Positions 62,529 to 64,000 of a stretch of DNA of 64,000 bases are shown here, one piece after another (position 1 is the first letter of the stretch; every line of letters starts with the position of its first letter). The notes beneath the pieces are model-generated. The model saw only the letters and a list, made by a program, of their open reading frames with translations, ran no database searches and had not been told where the DNA came from. The position numbers and the translations under genes were made by a program. Source of the stretch: an uncultured Rhodospirillaceae bacterium (GTDB lineage Bacteria > Pseudomonadota > Alphaproteobacteria > Rhodospirillales > UBA2165); NCBI GenBank assembly GCA_964574215.1, contig CAZNLR010000010.1, positions 9,954 through 73,953 of the forward strand. The letters are read 5' to 3'.

Positions 62529-64000
62529 GCGCATTAAAAAAAGAGGAACCGAACAATAAAATCGCTTTTCTGCCGATGGAGGAAACCATCGACAACGTGC
62601 CGGGCGAGACCGTTCTCGATTCGGCCCGGCGGTCGCGTATTCGGATTGCCAGTTCGTGCGGCGGTCACGGCACCTGTGTCTCCTGCGCCGTACAATTTAC
62701 CGGTGGAATGATTCCCGAACCGGCGCAAGCCGACCGTGACGTATTCTCCGAACGCCGCCTCGAAGAAGGCTGGCGGCGGGCCTGCCTAACCAAGCTGGAA
62801 GGCGACTGCACCATTTTTGTTCCGCCCCGTGCGACGGCGGCGCCGGTGAGGACCCAGGTCGACGGCCAGGCGGAATTGATCGATTTCGAACCGGCGGTTC
62901 AGGTTATTCCCTTCGAACTACCGCCCGCCGATCTGGAAGATTGCCGGTCCGACGATCAGCGCTTGCGGGATGCGCTCGAAGGAGAACATCCCGGCGCCTG
63001 TGACAAGTTCGACGCCGCCCTGCTGCGGACCCTCGCCGATGACCTTCGAGCCTGGAAGTGGCATGGTTGGATCGCGTCCTGCGAAAGCGAAGTTATCGCC
63101 GCCGGTCCCAAAGACGGACATGTTCTTGGACTGGCGGTTGATCTCGGCACCACCAATGTATCCGGTTTTCTGGTCGATATGGCGACGGGGGAGACCCTGG
63201 CGGCTGAAGGCTTGGCCAATCCCCAGACGGTCTATGGGGCTGATTTGATAACCTACGCCTCCCAAATCAGGCGCAATCCGGAAGTCGCGGTGACCTTGCA
63301 GCAATTGGCCATTGATGCGCTCAATCAGCTGGCTGACGATCTTTGCGACTCATGCGGTATGGAAAAGGAGAATATCGTCGAGGTAACGGTGGCGGGTAAT
63401 ACCATGATGCATCATCTGCTGCTGGGTCTGCCGGTTCGTCAATTGGCCATGTCGCCCTTTGTCTCGGCCCTTAGTGACGCCTTCGACCTTAAAGCCCGCG
63501 GCCTGGGCGTCGATATAGCGCCAGGTGCCTACATTCATCTTTTGCCCAACATCGCCGGCTTTATCGGCGGCGACCATGTGGCAAGCCTCCTGGCCTCTCC
63601 GCCGGAAGACGACCGGCCGGTGATCATCATGGACATCGGCACCAATACGGAAATCTCCCTGGTGGAGGGCGAAAACATCACCTCCGTTTCCTGCCCGTCC
63701 GGTCCGGCCTTCGAGGGCGGTCACATCACCTGCGGCATGCGGGCGGCCAATGGCGCCATCGAGATGGTCAGGATCAAGGAAAACGACGTCCAGCTGGATG
63801 TGATCGGTGACGAAGCACCCGTGGGCCTGTGTGGTTCCGGCGTGCTTGACGTTACCGCGCAAATTCATCTGGCGGGCGTATGCGATGAGCGAGGACGGCT
63901 CTTGGAAGACAACCCCCATGTCCGCGTTATCGACGGTAAACGCCATTTTGTCTTGGCCGATGAAGAAAAGGCGGGCGGTCCTACGGCCATTACTTTCTCC
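62525..64000 (+). CDS. RACo-type reductive activase of corrinoid enzymes (2Fe-2S ferredoxin + ASKHA ATPase), 3' end outside window
   Basis: Not in the ORF track because no stop is reached. ATG 62525 overlaps the upstream stop (ATGA), and the frame is open for 492 codons to the window end. It has the N-terminal plant-type 2Fe-2S motif SSCGGHGTCVSCAV...C and the ASKHA phosphate motifs AVDLGTTN and IMDIGTNTE. Confidence 0.8.
   Translation, partial: MSALKKEEPNNKIAFLPMEETIDNVPGETVLDSARRSRIRIASSCGGHGTCVSCAVQFTGGMIPEPAQADRDVFSERRLEEGWRRACLTKLEGDCTIFVPPRATAAPVRTQVDGQAELIDFEPAVQVIPFELPPADLEDCRSDDQRLRDALEGEHPGACDKFDAALLRTLADDLRAWKWHGWIASCESEVIAAGPKDGHVLGLAVDLGTTNVSGFLVDMATGETLAAEGLANPQTVYGADLITYASQIRRNPEVAVTLQQLAIDALNQLADDLCDSCGMEKENIVEVTVAGNTMMHHLLLGLPVRQLAMSPFVSALSDAFDLKARGLGVDIAPGAYIHLLPNIAGFIGGDHVASLLASPPEDDRPVIIMDIGTNTEISLVEGENITSVSCPSGPAFEGGHITCGMRAANGAIEMVRIKENDVQLDVIGDEAPVGLCGSGVLDVTAQIHLAGVCDERGRLLEDNPHVRVIDGKRHFVLADEEKAGGPTAITFS

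Overview
This is a gene-dense, moderately GC-rich bacterial chromosomal segment with about 55 protein-coding genes. I recognised no rRNA, tRNA, CRISPR array, transposase or integrase. The gene content (NirS/NirI, TAXI-TRAP, LIV-type ABC transporter, GC-rich REP pairs) suggests a denitrifying proteobacterium, probably an alphaproteobacterium; that is inference only.

Functional blocks:
1. 0.3-12.9 kb: an aromatic meta-cleavage island. It holds a LigJ-like amidohydrolase, an HpaB-family monooxygenase, a LigB-family dioxygenase, three tandem RraA/LigK-family genes, a ThDP enzyme and two divergent FadR-type regulators.
2. 13-22 kb: a CoA-dependent, beta-oxidation-like operon. It includes an SCP-x-type thiolase next to an HMG-CoA-synthase-like::DUF35 fusion whose catalytic residues appear to be substituted.
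3. 22-27 kb: an acyl-CoA synthetase translationally coupled to a stand-alone cytoplasmic molybdopterin oxidoreductase with an incomplete N-terminal Cys motif.
4. 27-33.5 kb: galE-asnB-gmd, bracketed by two CRP-like regulators.
5. 33.7-43.8 kb: a LIV-type ABC transporter, an orphan xanthine-dehydrogenase-family Mo subunit and a TAXI-TRAP transporter.
6. 46-56 kb: nirS and nirI, followed by an operon for a CuA-containing B-type heme-copper oxidase. Its subunit I lacks the cross-linked tyrosine. It is accompanied by SenC, an unlisted 52-codon membrane peptide and a cytochrome b::2x[4Fe-4S]::MvhD fusion. nirS and this operon carry near-identical FNR/NNR-type boxes.
7. 56.5-64 kb: a corrinoid-dependent methyl-transfer system. 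It holds a corrinoid protein, a MetV-MetF fusion, two URO-D-family methyltransferases, a MetH-activation-like protein and a RACo-type activase that runs off the window and is missing from the ORF track.

Most interesting: block 6, a candidate alternative NO reductase module with undescribed accessory genes. Next come block 7 and the pseudo-HMGCS/thiolase and ligase/Mo-enzyme pairs.

All family calls come from reading motifs in the supplied translations. No database search was run.
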